A stretch of 64,000 bases of DNA. Origin: Octopus vulgaris. Lineage: Eukaryota. Below are positions 24,447 through 37,634 of the stretch, piece after piece. The notes below the pieces were generated by a model that saw only the letters and a program-made list of their open reading frames with translations, made no database searches and was not told where the DNA came from. Made by a program: the position numbers and the translations under genes. Location: positions 15,748,001 through 15,812,000 of the forward strand of contig OX597823.1 of the NCBI GenBank assembly GCA_951406725.2. The letters run 5' to 3'. Each line of letters begins with the position of its first letter. Positions within the stretch are counted from its first letter, which is position 1.

Positions 24447-25924
24447 ATTTAGTTGATGGAAAATGGGGAAGAGAGTATCCAAAGCCTTTGTAGGCCCATC
24501 CAGACAGGTGCAGTTGGTGTGGTTGTTGTTTAGCTTGAACTGTGGCCTATATCTGTAAGGAAGATGAAAGCAGAGCAGGACTTCTACAGGTTTTCAGTTT
24601 TAGTGAGGAAAGGACTGGGTAAAATATTCAGTTGAGAGGTTTACTGAACAAATCACTGTGAATTTAAGAGGAAGGAAAGCTGTGTTGGGTGGTACGTGGC
24701 TTGCTGGTTCAGAAGAGCAGAAGTCTTATAGAAAAGTTATGTAGAAGAAATGGCATATCAGTGAATAGGTGATCTAGTATGTTGATAAGTGAACATTTAC
24801 AAAGCAAACTACTACTGAATTGTTTGGGATGAGATGTAGGGAACAGTCTAGGGTGTATGTGTAGCTGCTATGAAGAAGATATTTCAAGTAGGAAGAGTGA
24901 ACCACATTGACTAAACTTAGCCTCCAAATCTTCCCATTAACAAAAGACATTTACAGACAGGCTGACATTCCTTATCAAAAGTGTGAAATATTCATTTATC
25001 AGATAATTTTGGGAAAGCTGAGATAAATTCTCTAGAGCACTTTAGTTCTAATGGAAGGCACTTTTCTAAAGCATCTTAAGAATCTGTAGTTGTGAAAAAA
25101 TCCTGCTCAAATCAGACTCTATTAAACATGAGCCACCGTCTCTTTATGAATACCACTATCTCTCAATTTTTCAATAGATACCCCTAAATATTCACCATCC
25201 TGATTATCTATGAATTGATTGATTCATTTCATTTTCAAGTCAACTTTGAAGTAATAGTGATACAATTGCTAACAAAGTCACCTTTATTAGTACTTTTATT
25301 GTAGCCCCAGCCTACAGGAATTACTGGACTTGAACTCAGTATTTTGAGTTCATGAAACCTTTATAATACAGAGCCTTTTCTAACGTGTTGATACCTGTTT
25401 GCAATTAGCTGAACTGGGCTTTTGAAATTAAATCTCGTGACCACAGCCTGTAAGCACTGCTGGGGACAGAATATAAACATCTGACTCATTCAATTGATTA
25501 TCTGATATCCCTGTTGACTCAGTCATTTGAAGCTTTGAGTGACTAATTTATAAACAAGGAAATAAGGTAGCCTTTATGTGGTCAGTTGACCTGCTAGAAG
25601 TAGCAGTCAAATCTCTTTCAAATCACATCTACCAGCCACATAAAAAAAGAAAAAAAGAATACATTGAATAAAGTAATCCAGGGCACACTATTACCAAAAA
25701 CTAGATGAGGTGGTAATATCTGGAACGTCTTTGATCATAGAGATGTACAATTTGGGTTGACCACTACTTGAGTGAAAAACACACAGAATTAATAGTGGAG
25801 TGTATAGATTGAAATTGCATTGTTGGGTCACTATTTGGATCTCTTTTGATCATTTTGCTTCTTGTGGTATTGGCATATTTTAACTCACATATCAAGCTGT
25901 TGTAGTGTAAAACTTACTTGGAAG

Positions 25925-26280
25925 TGGATGCGTGGTATCCGGTCATATAATAACAAAATAATAAATAAAACATATGCATATATACATACATATATGTACA
26001 TAGCTACATCTATATGTATATATACATGCATATATGGGTACAGGACACCAAAAAAGCGTAGAACACAATGAGAAACGAAAACATAAAAACAAAAACATGG
26101 AAACGGACTTTTTTTCAAACAACGAAAAACCAGAGTACAAGACATATAGCACAAGGAATATTCCCCTTCTTCAGTTGCCCCTGTTTCGACTACTCCGTGT
26201 TTTGAAGATAAGGGCAAGACACGACTTCGTTGAAACAGTCCTTCCCGCAAAGCAGATTAAATAAAATTTGGGATTTTTTG
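25925..26280 (-). mobile_element. Interspersed repeat, possibly a Penelope-like terminal repeat; second copy at 33385-33640 (+)
   Basis: Both copies share ggcaactgaagaagggg...ttcctt, tgttttcgtttctcattgtg and cctgtac.catatatgcatg. Confidence 0.65.
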
Positions 26281-26784
26281 CTGCAGGTCAGTAGACTTAC
26301 TGGTCACTTGACTAAATAACTTGGTGCTACTGACAGATTTTATTTTTTAAGATGTTAGAAGTAAATTTGTAGGAAATTTGGCTGTTCTTTCTAGCATTTC
26401 ATGTGACTACGTAGGGGCTGTTTCATTGGGCATATCTGATATTGTTGCAGGTATTAAAAGAATTAATAAAAGGTACTGGATAAATACTACATTTTTTTGG
26501 TGCAGAATTCAAATCATGTCAATATTGATGTTGGCGTTCACCACATTGGTGCGGATGGGTGAGAAGCATGTACCAGTCATATACTGGGACTGATCTAATC
26601 ACTATTCTCCCCACCTACCTACCCAAATTAATGATCTTATACCTTTAGGGATCATTCTTCTTATTGTTGTTACCACTGTTGCTACTACTGCAACCATTAT
26701 TATTACTATTAAATAAAGACACAAACTGTGTGTGTCTGTGTGTTTATTGTGTTCCAAAGCTACAAACACTAAAAATATATCTAA

Positions 26785-27173
26785 CTAGTAGTATCGCCCG
26801 GCGTTGCTCGGGTTTGTAAGGGAAAATAACTATATAAGCATTTTTAGAGAGTTATAGCCAAAAAATGCATTAAAAATGGAAAAAAAATTATGGTAAATTT
26901 TTTTTTAAATCGTTGACTCATCGTAGACATTTTTAGAGAGTTACTTCCCTTATATAATAGCGAAAAAAATGCATTAAAATGGAAAAAAATGATGGTAAAT
27001 TTTTTTTAAAATCGTAGACTCATCGTAGACGCGTGCTAATACCCAGAAGGGCTCGATATGAATCACGATTATAAGATACCCAGTTTTGGTTAAACTGCAC
27101 CGCAAAATGTGGGAGTAGTTAGGAATCTAAATCGTAGGAGACAGACACACAACTTCACTTTTATATATAAAGG
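26785..27173 (-). mobile_element. Non-autonomous Helitron
   Basis: On the minus strand it ends with the cccgagcaacgccggg hairpin plus CTAG; same family as 44676 and 63874. Confidence 0.85.
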
Positions 27174-27443
27174 TTATTTGCCACTTTTCAGGGTAAGTTT
27201 TTTTAACAGTTATTTTGAGAAATAGCTGTCAGATCTCCCTCAAACTACACCGTACTCTCTGTCTGTCTAGAAAAGAGATAGAGAAAGACAGATATGGAAT
27301 GGTGCGGGCAAGAATTAGAAACACAAATAACAAGTAAAGAGTAGCAGGGTGTGTGTTGTGTGTCAAAGAAAGTTTCCAGAATACATTTGTGTGATGTCAA
27401 AACTCTATTTTCTTCTTGTTCCAGCCTCTTTTTAATTTGTCTG

Positions 27444-27474
<31 letters not shown>

Positions 27475-27616
27475 GGTATAGTGGAATAGAGAGAGATAGA
27501 AAAAGAAAAATACATACAAAGAGAGGGAGGGAGAAAAATGAATAGACAGGGGAAAGATAGTGATAGTGATGATGGCAATAGTTTGAAAAAACTGTACAAC
27601 ACAGTTGCAGGGATTA

Positions 27617-27893
27617 GGCGCAGGAGTGGCTGTGTGGTAAGTAGCTTGCTTACGAACCACTTGGTTCCGGGTTCAGTTCCACTGCATGGCACCTCAGGCA
27701 AGTCTCTTCTACTGTAACCTCGGGCCGACCAAAGCCTTGTGAGTGGATTTGGTAGACGGAAACTGAAAAGAAGCCCGTTGTATATATGTATATGTATATA
27801 TGTGTGTGTGTGTGTGTGTGTGTTTGTTTGTCTGTGTTTGTCCCCACCAACATCGCATGACAACCGCTGTTGGTGTGTTTACGTCCCCGTAAC
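27617..27893 (+). mobile_element. SINE family A, 3'-truncated
   Basis: ggcgcaggagtggctgtgtggtaagtagcttgc... stops after gtccccgtaac. Confidence 0.88.
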
Positions 27894-27904
27894 GTAAATA
27901 TATA

Positions 27905-28115
27905 ATATTAGTTTCCAATTCTGGCACAAGGCCAGCAATTTTGGAAGAGGGGTTAGGCTGATTACATCAACCCCAGTGTTCAACTGGTACTTACTTTATC
28001 AACCCCGGAAAGGATGCAAGGCAAAGTAGACCTCAGCAAAATTTGAACTCAGAACATGAAGCTACAAGAAACACCAGTGTTTTGTCCAGCATGCTAATGT
28101 TTCTGCTTAGTTCAT
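27905..28115 (-). mobile_element. SINE family B
   Basis: actggtactt..tttatcaacccc.gaaaggatg.aaggcaaagt core. Confidence 0.78.
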
Positions 28116-28359
28116 TACCTCATCCCTCTCTCAGCCGAGAAATCCTAGTCTTGTGGGCTTGTGGGTACCAGTGTTAAGCACCTGTGCTGGTGACATGCAA
28201 AAGCCCCTGTGCCCATGCCATATTAAAGTGAAGATGCCGACGACCACTCGGTTCAAAGTCTCTCTTGACCAGAAACACCCTCCCTGTACATAACTCCATG
28301 TCCCCCTACATGGCCTTGCTTTTTGCTTTTTGAGCCAAAAAATTAACTTAACTTAAAGC

Positions 28360-28625
28360 ACCCATGCCGGTGCAACATGCAGACACCATGTCAGTGCCAT
28401 GTAAAAGGGCCCATGCTGGTGGCATATTAAAAGCACCCAATACACCCTGTAAAGTGGTTGGTGTGAGGAAGGGCATCCAGCCATAGAAACCAGGCCAAAA
28501 CAGATAACTGAAGCCTGGGCTGCTCTCCAGTGGGTCAACTCCTGCCAAACCGTCCAACCCATGCCAGAATGGAGAATGGACATTAGAAGATGAATAACAA
28601 TAATAATGTTGATGATGATGATGGT
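28360..28625 (+). mobile_element. RTE 3'-UTR repeat (family D variant)
   Basis: aggaagggcatccagccatagaaac...ccgtccaacccatgcc plus a (GAT)n-like tail. Confidence 0.75.
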
Positions 28626-28839
28626 CATTGCCATTGGTTTCAGTGTATGAGTGTTTGAAGGAGAGGACTTAAAGTTAGAGAGTGTACCCTAGGACTTTCA
28701 ACTCAGCTTCAAATTTCCTCCACAATGAATTTGGCTTAAGTGGTACAGGGTTGTGTCAACAATCACTCTCTTTTGTCCAGATAGCCTAGACTCCGGTGCA
28801 TATTGATGCCATTTGGGGAAAAGGCTATCTAGATAATAA

Positions 28840-29290
28840 TAATAATGGTTTCAAATTTTGCCACAAGGCAGGCATTTTGGGGTAGGGATGAATTGATTAC
28901 ATCACCCCCAGTGTTTCTCTGGTACTTAATTTATTGACCCCCGAAAGGATGAAAGGCAACGTCAACCTTGGTGGAGTTTGAACTCAAAATGTGAAGACAG
29001 ACAAAATACTGCTAAACATTTTGCCTGGTGTGCAAACAAATCTGCCAGTTCACCACCTTAATAATAATGATAATAAATAATCCTTTCTCGTGGAAGCACA
29101 AGGCCTCAAATTTGTGGGGAGGGGACTAATTGATTACATCAACCCCAGTACGCAACTGGTACTTAGTTTATTGACCCCGAAAGGATGAAAGGCAAAGTCA
29201 ACCTTGGCAGAATTTGAACTCAGAATGTAGCAACAGATGATATACCGCTAAGCATTTCGCCTGGTGTGCTAATGTTTCTGCCAGCTGCTG
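28840..29290 (-). mobile_element. Two adjacent SINE family B copies
   Basis: Two cores gaaaggatgaaaggcaa.gtcaaccttgg, each with its own head and (AAT)n tail. Confidence 0.82.
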
Positions 29291-30214
29291 CTGATGACGA
29301 CGACGACGGCGACGACAACGACGACTTCTTCCAACATAGTCACAAGGCTACCAAATTGTTTAGAGAGGAATGTTGTCAATTTAACTGACTCCAATACATA
29401 AATAATACTTATTTAGATTGACTTCTGGATAGGTTAGAAGCCAAGATGATCTTGGCAGGATTTAAACTCAAAACGCAAATAAGATTGTCAATTATTCTAT
29501 TGGTTCTGTGATGCATCACTCATTGTAGCATCTATATCTCTGTCAGTTGCTGTTCTAGGACGAATAATCAACTATGAAATTATTATCATTTAATGTCAGT
29601 CAGGCTGCTTGGTCTGAAATTAAATGTGACCTACATTGCCAAGAATATTTTGGGTGGTGCCAGATGTGGTGACAACAGACAGACCCACCTACACACAGCC
29701 TGCATTTAATCTCGGTTAACAAGGGACATTGGATTTGTTTAATATTTTTCCTGGTTGTTTCTGTTCTATTGACAGACTAATTGAAAATTTATTGGAAAAG
29801 CAAGTGAATTAATCTCTTGCTGTTATTGTGCTTGTTTAGCCCCAGGTCAGTGCTGACTGAACAGACCTATGATCAAAGATATTTTTGCTATGACCACCAT
29901 CATATCTTTTCTACAGAAATGGCATGCTAAGGATGTGAGTTGAAGATTTGACTGGTATTTCTAGCAGGCCGAGCAAATGTGTTGAGGTTCTCCTTATTAC
30001 TCTGTACAGGATCATTTTATGAAGTACTTGCAAACAAAATACATACAAACAGAAATAAATGTTCCTCCAATAAATTATATCAATTTTTATTCACTCATTC
30101 CTGCAATGGCTTGTTGAATTTCTAGAATATTTACTACATGGTAAATATTCACAGCCTCTTAGTAGTATAGCTTTTGGAGCAATGTTCTGCACTAAATTTA
30201 CCACATGGTATATA

Positions 30215-30585
30215 CTAGGCACAAGGACTGAAATTTTGGGGGAGGGGACCAGTCGATTAGATAGACTCTGGTATGCAACTGGTACTTAATTTATCGACCC
30301 AAAAAGGATGAAAGGCAAAGTCGACCTCAGTGGAATTTGAACTCAGAATGTAAAGACAGATGAAATACCTATTTCTTTACTACCCACAAGGGGCTAAACA
30401 CAGAGAGGACAAACGGATTAAGTCGATTACATCGACCCCAGTGCGTAACGGGTACTTAATTTATCGACCCCAAAAGGATGAAAGGCAAAGCCGACCTCAG
30501 TGGAATTTGAACTCAGAAAGTAAAGACAGACAAAATACCGCTAAGCATTTCACCTGGTGTGCTAACATTTCTGCCAGCTTGCCAC
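30215..30585 (-). mobile_element. Dimeric SINE family B (~170-bp period)
   Basis: ggtacttaatttatcgaccc at 30281 and 30451; a single head. Confidence 0.85.
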
Positions 30586-30867
30586 TTTTACAACATGATA
30601 TATACTCACAACCACTTGTTAAGAGTATTTAACTCATGGCAAATACTTGTAGCCACATGCTAGAATTGTTGCCACATGGTAAAACTCTAGCAAATGGTTA
30701 TTAATATTTGTAATATTTTACATATTCATAATCGCAAGTTAAAGTATTTACTACATGGTCATATATTCAAATAATTTTGTCATAATTGTCCTACATGCTC
30801 TATTCTTCTTGCTCAATGGATTTTTATTTTGAATAGACATAAGGCTATGAATATTAGTTATTTAAAT

Positions 30868-31046
30868 ACGTGGCACGTAAAAAGCACCCACTACACTCAC
30901 GGAGTGGTTGGCATTAGGAAGGGCATCCAGCTGTAGAAACACTGCCAGATCAGACTGGAGCCTGGTGCAGCCTTCTGGCTTCCCAGATCCCGGTCGAACC
31001 GTCCAACCCATGCTAGCATGGAGAACAGACGTTAAACGATGATGAT
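30868..31046 (+). mobile_element. RTE 3'-UTR repeat (family D)
   Basis: gtggcacgtaaaaagcaccc...gacgttaaacgatgatgat. Confidence 0.85.
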
Positions 31047-31671
31047 ATATGTGTGCGTGTTTTATTCAAAATATGAACAGGAATATAGTTAACGAAAGGA
31101 AAACAAGAAAACAAAAAACAGGAAAAAGAAAGGGCGAAAGACAAAATAACATCAATGCAACATCAAGTGCTTCAATTGGCTGCTCACCCCAAGGTTGAAT
31201 GGAACCTACTGAAGCAAGCCAGCACGCTTGTGGCATTACCACGAATGATGGTGAGGCTAAGGCATTAGAAAAGCCAAGCACCCTCATGGGCATCACCAGT
31301 TACTCCAGTGAGGCGAGTTGCCAATGGTAACAAGAACTTTGCTGTTAGCAGCCAAGTTCTTCCGAACGTCTCAGATGCCACAGGCTGGAAGAGATAGTTC
31401 ACTGCCAGGCTCCGATACTTCAGGGTTTTCTACTGACTTTATCAACTCAGAAAGAATGGAAGATATTCTTATATTTGATGGCAATCCAATTACAACCATC
31501 ATATCTTTTTAGGGTTATCTGGAACAACATTATCTAATGTAATGTAACATATCCATTTTTTTAAAGATCTAATGTGATTTGAGGAGGATTTGGCTGCTAT
31601 TTCTTTCAGATCAAGCCACCATGTAAAGACATTCTCATTTATTAATGTTTATATTCATGTATGGTATATTA

Positions 31672-31983
31672 ATTTCACCAATGGAGAAGTTCTTAAGCAG
31701 ATCAGGCCGAAAATGTCGCTAGAAGCTAGGATCACCAAGCATAGATTGGCATATTTTGGTCATATTATGCAGAGAAAATCCCTGGAGAAGGACATCATGC
31801 TCGGAATGGTCAGTGGCAAGAGAGGAAGAGGCCGACCAAGAACCCACTGGCTTGACACCATCAAGAGTGATACCGGAATGGACATAGCCAATCTGAAAGA
31901 AGCGGCCCAGGATAGAACTGACTGGAGGACACTGATCCATCGAGTAACTGAGAGTCGACTTCGACTGAGCGGATAGAGAGAGA
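31672..31983 (+). mobile_element. BovB-like RTE LINE 3' end
   Basis: SLEARITKHRLAYFGHIMQRKSLEKDIMLGMVSGKRGRGRPRTHWLD...WRTLIHRVTESRLRLSG* followed by a (GA)n tail. Confidence 0.88.
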
Positions 31984-32150
31984 TATTAATTTCAGTACTT
32001 CTTAAACAGAATATCATAGGAGAGAGGGTTTTTGCTGACGTTTCCATCATTATTTATGAGTACACGTGTGTATTTCTATGTATATATGTGTCATGTATTT
32101 GTTTATTTGTTTGTTTGATGTCAGTTTTTCTATTCTGGTATGGGCTAGAT

Positions 32151-33049
32151 CAGTGCTTCTCAACCAGGGTCCATGTAAGATTTTTGGGAGTCCATGCAAT
32201 GAAATAGTAAATTGGGGATACACGATAGTATTTTAAGGGCCCTTGAAAAAATTTTGCTTTACATGTGTGTATTTGTATATATTCTTTTCTACTCTAGACA
32301 CAAGACCTGGAATTTTGGGGGAGGGGAGGCAGTCGAGTAGATCGACCCCACTACGCAACTGGTACTTAATTTATCGACCCTGAAAGGATGAAAGGCAAAG
32401 TCGACTTTGGCAGAATTTAAACTCAAAACATAAAGACAGACAAAATACCCACAAGGGGCTAAACACAGAGAGGGCAAACAAGGACAGACACACAGATTAA
32501 GTCGATTAGATCAATCCTACTATGCAACTGGTACTTAATTTATTGACCCCGAAAGGATGAAAGGCAAAGTCGACCTCGGCAGAATTTGAACTCAGAACAT
32601 AAAGACAGACGAAATACCCACAAGGGGCTAAACACAGAGAAGGCAAACAAGGACAGACACACAGATTAAGTCGATTAGATCAACCCTACTATGCAACTGG
32701 TACTTAATTTATTGACCCCGAAAGGATGAAAGGCAAAGTCGACCTTGGCGGAATTTGAACTCAGAACGTAGGGGCAGACGAAATACGGCTACGCATTTCA
32801 CCCGGCGTGCTAACGTTTCTGCCAGCTTGCTGCCTTATGTATTGGTATATATTGCAAGAAACAACTAGGTTTCTTTCTCTAATATTTTACATGGTTCAGC
32901 TTACACGAGTTAATGTATGAATAACAAAACAGGAATTTCGAAAGAAGTTTCTATAAAACCAGTTTTTAAACATCAAATGGTGATGGGGGTCCACCAGAAT
33001 GAAATAGTAATCAGAGGGGTCCATAGATAGAAAGTGGTTAGAACCCCTG
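32151..33049. mobile_element. hAT MITE containing a nested trimeric SINE B
   Basis: TIRs cagtgcttctcaacc / ggttagaacccctg; perfect TSD ggctagat (32143-32150, 33050-33057). Confidence 0.88.
32284..32837 (-). mobile_element. Trimeric SINE family B (169-bp period) with 16-bp TSD
   Basis: gcaactggtacttaat at 32355, 32524 and 32693; flanks tgtatttgtatatatt / tgtattggtatatatt. Confidence 0.88.
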
Positions 33050-33179
33050 GGCTAGATGGATACTTACTGAGGCAGTGTTTTATGGCTGCATGCTTAAATA
33101 GAAGACATAGGCCCAAGGTACCATGCAGATGAACTTGAGACTATGTGGTTGGAAAACAAACTTTTTAACCACACAGCAG

Positions 33180-33385
33180 TATGTATGTATGTACGTATGT
33201 ATGCATGCAGATTTGTATGTATGTATGTATGTATGTATGTATGTATGTATGTATGTATGTATGTATGTATGTATGTATGTATGGATGGATGGATGGATGG
33301 ATGGATGGATGGATGGATGGATGTGGGTGGGTGGGTGGGTGGGTGGGTGGGTGGGTGGGTGGGTGTGTGTGTGTGTGGGTGTGTA
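33180..33385. repeat. Graded microsatellite (TATG)n>(TGGA)n>(TGGG)n>(TG)n
   Basis: Directly visible. Confidence 0.96.
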
Positions 33386-33639
33386 GATGAAACCATGGCA
33401 ACTGAAGAAGGGGTTTTTTTCCTTGTGTTATTTGTCCTGTACTCTATTTTTTTGTTGTTTAAGAAAAATGTCCATTTCCTTGGGTTTGTGTCTATGTTTT
33501 CGTTTCTCATTGTGTTTGACGTTTTTTTGGTATCCTGTACTCATATATGCATGTATATATACATGTAAAGGTTGTACGTACATATATGTATGTATGCATA
33601 TGTTTTATTTATTATTTTGTTATGCATATGTTTTATTTA

Positions 33640-33679
<40 letters not shown>

Positions 33680-34179
33680 TAGATAGATACATATGTATGT
33701 GTGTACGTATGTATGTGTGTATATGTATGTATGTACGTACATGTGTACATTTGTATGTGCATACGTATGTATATATGTATGTGCGTACATATCTACATAT
33801 GTTTATTCGTTCACTCTCCCATTAAAATATGTTTTGTAGCAGTTTTTGGAAGCCATTGTATATAAATAAAAAACAAAATCTTTATATTTAAACTTGTTTA
33901 TTTTCAATTTGATGCCTATAATGTTTCCCTAGATATATTGTCAATCTGATTTGAAAGTTATTGATTTCTTATATTGATACAATAGAAGCCAAGTGGACTA
34001 GGCATTGGACTACTAGCATATGGTACATATGTTCAAATACACTGTTCATCTGGTTAATCTTGCTTGTATTTACTCAGATTACACTACCCATCATGATCTC
34101 ACATACCGTTTGGGAAGTCAGTAGGGCAATCCACTACCATAATAATAACAATAATAATAATAATGATAATAGAGCATCA

Positions 34180-34525
34180 TAGCCATGTGTTGAGAGGGAT
34201 TCTTTGGGGTTTGAATAGTTCACCTCTGGAAACATGGGTGGTTCTTTCAACATCCTTAAACAACCCTTATTCAGGGACCTTTTGAGCGGGATGGGCTACT
34301 CAACCTGAAGAAAATTCTAACTGGGCCCCACTTGCAAGGTCATGTGCTGTTTATCTTGATATGAGATCACCATGTCGTGCACATATGGTTGTGATGCATG
34401 TGCCTGGTGTACTCTTATCAGACGGGTAGTCATGATGGGTATATTGGGCTTCGTATATTTTACCCCAGTGTCACTTTGATGGCATGCACTGCTCTCTCAC
34501 TCAATAATAATAATGATAATAATAG
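34180..34525 (+). mobile_element. Probable non-LTR retroelement 3' UTR with (AAT)n tail
   Basis: More GC-rich block between two (AAT)n runs, ending ctctctcactcaataataataat; family not identified. Confidence 0.5.
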
Positions 34526-35782
34526 TATCAAAGTCAAAAGTGCTGTGGGAGAAAAATGAAATGGGGAAAAAAAGGCAAACAAGATTGTGATTGAATGTTG
34601 GCTGAGAAGTGAGTCAAATAAAAGAAGTTTCATGAAGTGAATGAAGAGAATTTGGGATGAAAGTTTTTGAATATTCCACCCAGTGACTGAGAGGCCAGGC
34701 AAAGATTAGATATTGAAGAAATTCAGAGAAGAATAAGAAATGAACAGGAAAAGTGTGAAACAACAGTAGAAGAAAGTGGTAGATGAAGGGGGAAGAGATA
34801 AAGAAATGAAGAAGAAGGAAATTGCTATGTGCCTGAGAAATAACGATGGAGTAGAACAGTGAAGGTGATCTAAATGGACAAGTGACAATAGATGTTGAAC
34901 AAGACTTGGATGATGAAGAGAAGGAGATTCTAGAAATGCTGCAAGGTAAAATGTTTGGTGTGAACAATGAAATGCCACCGAATGTAAGGCATATGGACAA
35001 AGGAAAAGCAAGGAGAGCCACAGGCAAAAGTAAATAGCATTTTGAGCTTGGTTTAAAACAGAGAACATTAGAGAAACAGATCAGCTAATAATCATAGCTG
35101 CTGATAATGTAGCTGATATAATAGGATACAAGTAGAAGATAGTTGAAGAAAAGAAGGAAAAGGAAAAGAAGGAAGCAAAGTGGAGGAAGAGAGTATGAAT
35201 GAAGATGGAAAAGACACAGAAAGAACTGGGTCAATTAAATAGGATACCGAGAGGAGAAGTGAAGAATGAGGTTGTAATCTGAAAATTGAATGGGCGGTAC
35301 AGGCTAGAATAAAGGGGAAAGCAAACAGTACATGAAGAATTGTCGCAAAGAGTAATGACATTAAAGGTTAAATTGAAAATATATGATGCTAGATGACAAA
35401 GTTTTGAACAGAATAGATTGTTTCAATTAAATGAAAGGTGGGTTTTTTTGGCGGGGAAGAAATAAAGGGAGACTTAACATTAGTAAGTCATTCCTGATAG
35501 GGGAGAAAGTAAAGTATTTTGGGGAGAACTTTGTAACAGGACAATGAGACGTAAAGAAGGTGCAGAGTAAATACATGTGGAAAGACAACTTTCAACTGTA
35601 CAAGGACAAAAGGATGTCAAATTGATCTGTATTCAGTGAGACTGAAGTTTAAAAAAAATATACCAAATTGGAAAGCACCAAACTGAGATGGAGTAGATGG
35701 GTTATTTGTTGAAGAATTTTACACAGTTGCATGAAAGGAGTATTGCACTCCTTGATGAGTGCCTGCAGCAGGGACACATCCC

Positions 35783-36165
35783 TATAATGGATGACAAGAA
35801 GATTGTGGGATGACATCAGCAGCTGGGGAGCTGACCGGAAGAGGCAGGAGTGATGCGCATGCAGGCAGGCGAGGATTGGGTCTTTTTGATCGGGGTAGTG
35901 GACAGAGCTGGACGTGCGAGTGCTTTGTCAAGGTAGGCGAAAAGCAGCTGCTATTTCTAGCGTTCGGGTCGGGCAACGTGGAAGGGCGCGTTACTGCTGG
36001 GGAGGTCGACGAAGAGAAGGTCGGTGTCTCTATTTCAAATCTCCTGTATACACCTCAAGCTATTTCAGCACTCCATATAGGACATCACCATGATGGCAGT
36101 GGAAATCAGAATCGCCAGCTATATTATCAGACCCTTTAATGGTGAGGGCGATGTAGTGGCCGAAC
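35783..36165 (+). mobile_element. GC-rich insert, probable Gypsy LTR plus gag start fragment
   Basis: Sharp GC rise; ends in MMAVEIRIASYIIRPFNGEGDVVA, similar to the PF.GEGDV.AW start of some Gypsy gag proteins. Confidence 0.5.
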
Positions 36166-36344
36166 CCTTTGGAAGGTAAATTGGTGCCAAATTTTCAACC
36201 TATAAACCGTTTGCCACTTATGCGAAAGCTTATGACTAGTGTCTGGGCAGAAAAGTTATATAATCATCTGGGAAGTAATAATTTGCTTCCAGTAGCACGG
36301 AAAAGATACAGGAAGCAAAATAGGACAACTAAAGATCAATTATT

Positions 36345-36632
36345 CATCATCATCATCATGATCGTTTAACGTCCACTTTCCATGCTAGCATGGGTTGGAT
36401 GGTTCAACTGGGGTCTGGGAAGCCAGAAGGCTGCACCAAGCCCAGTCTGATCTGGCAGTGTTTCTACGGCTGGATGCCCTTCCTAATGCCAACCACTCCG
36501 TGAGTGTAGTGGGTGCTTTTTACGTGCCACTAGCACAGGTGCCAGACGAGGCTGGCAACGGCCACGATCAGATGGTGTTTATTACGTGCCACCGGCACGG
36601 AGGCCAGTCGGGGCGGTGCTGGCATTGGCCAC
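36345..36632 (-). mobile_element. RTE 3'-UTR repeat (family D) nested in the R4-like RT
   Basis: Splits the RT between 'DQLF' and 'DKMF'. Confidence 0.85.
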
Positions 36633-37212
36633 TTGATAAAATGTTTATTAGAAACTGTAGATGCAGATTCACAGTATTATTGAATGTAGCATGGTTGGAT
36701 TACATGAAGGCATATGACATGGTACTGCACAATTGGATAAATGAAACAATGAGCCTGTTTGGAGTGGAAGAAAATAAGGAGGAATGGTCAATGAAAGGAT
36801 GAAACATTGGAATACTGAACTGATTAAAGGAAAACAAAAGACTTGAGAAAGTGAACACCAGACACAGTATATTTCAAGTTGATAGCATATCTCCATGACT
36901 ATTTGTATTGGACATGATACCACTCAGTTTGAGAATCATTATTACTGTTAAATAGAAGTAAAACCATATCTGTCTGTCCGTCCGTCCGTCCGTCCGTCCG
37001 TCCGTCCGTCCGCCTGTCTGTCTGTCTATAATGTGTGTATCTGCTTGGCGTACATGTGTGTATGTGCATGTCTGCCTTGTACTCAAAAGCTATAGAACAA
37101 ACACCAGAAACATCATATATATTGTTATTTGCCATCTGGCAGATATGAGGAAGTGTACAAAATACTCCTCACCCTAGATCATGATTGTGGTTCAATAGGA
37201 AGCAGAGTTAAA

Positions 37213-37634
37213 GGCGGCGAGCTGGCAGAAACGTTAGCACGCAGAGCGAAATGCGTGGCCGTATTTCATCTGCCGCTACGTTCTGAGTTCAAATTCCGCC
37301 GAGGTCGACTTTGCCTTTCATCCTTTCGGGGTCGATAAATTAAGTACCAGTTGCGCACTGGGGTCGATATAATCGACTGAATCCGTTTGTCTGTCTGTCC
37401 TTGTTTGTCCCCTCTGTGTTTAGCCCCTTGTGGGTAGTAAAGAAATAGGTATTTCGCCCGTCGATACGTTTTGAGTTCAAATTCCGCTGAGGTCAACTTT
37501 ACCTTTCATCCTTTCGGGGTCGATAAATTAAGTACCAGTTGCGCACTGGGGTCGATATAGTCGACTGAATCCGTTTGTCTGTCTGTCCTTGTTTGTCCCC
37601 TCTGTGTTTAGCCCCTTGTGGGTAGTAAAGAAAC
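37213..37634 (+). mobile_element. Dimeric SINE family B (188-bp period) with 16-bp TSD
   Basis: Head ggcggcgagctggcagaaacgttagc and two cores; flanks aggaagcagagttaaa / aggaagcatagttaaa. Confidence 0.9.

Larger units (their letters stand above)
34600..36920 (+). mobile_element. Decayed R4/Dong-like non-LTR retrotransposon with nested insertions
   Basis: NFQPINRLPLMRKLMTSV.AEKLYNHL..NNLLP...KRYRK...TKDQLFI and AWLDYMKAYDMVLHNWI correspond to the NYRPITCLP/GTKDQL/AWIDYKKAYD RT motifs; the upstream part is purine-rich and poorly defined. Confidence 0.72.

Noticed and set aside
26150-26210. CTGAAGA motif in the 25925/33385 repeat as another hammerhead
   Set aside because: I could not place GAAA and stem I/III in a canonical arrangement in either copy.
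35810-36139. 109-aa GC-rich ORF as a host gene
   Set aside because: No recognisable domain; it sits inside a decayed LINE and is better explained as an LTR-element fragment.
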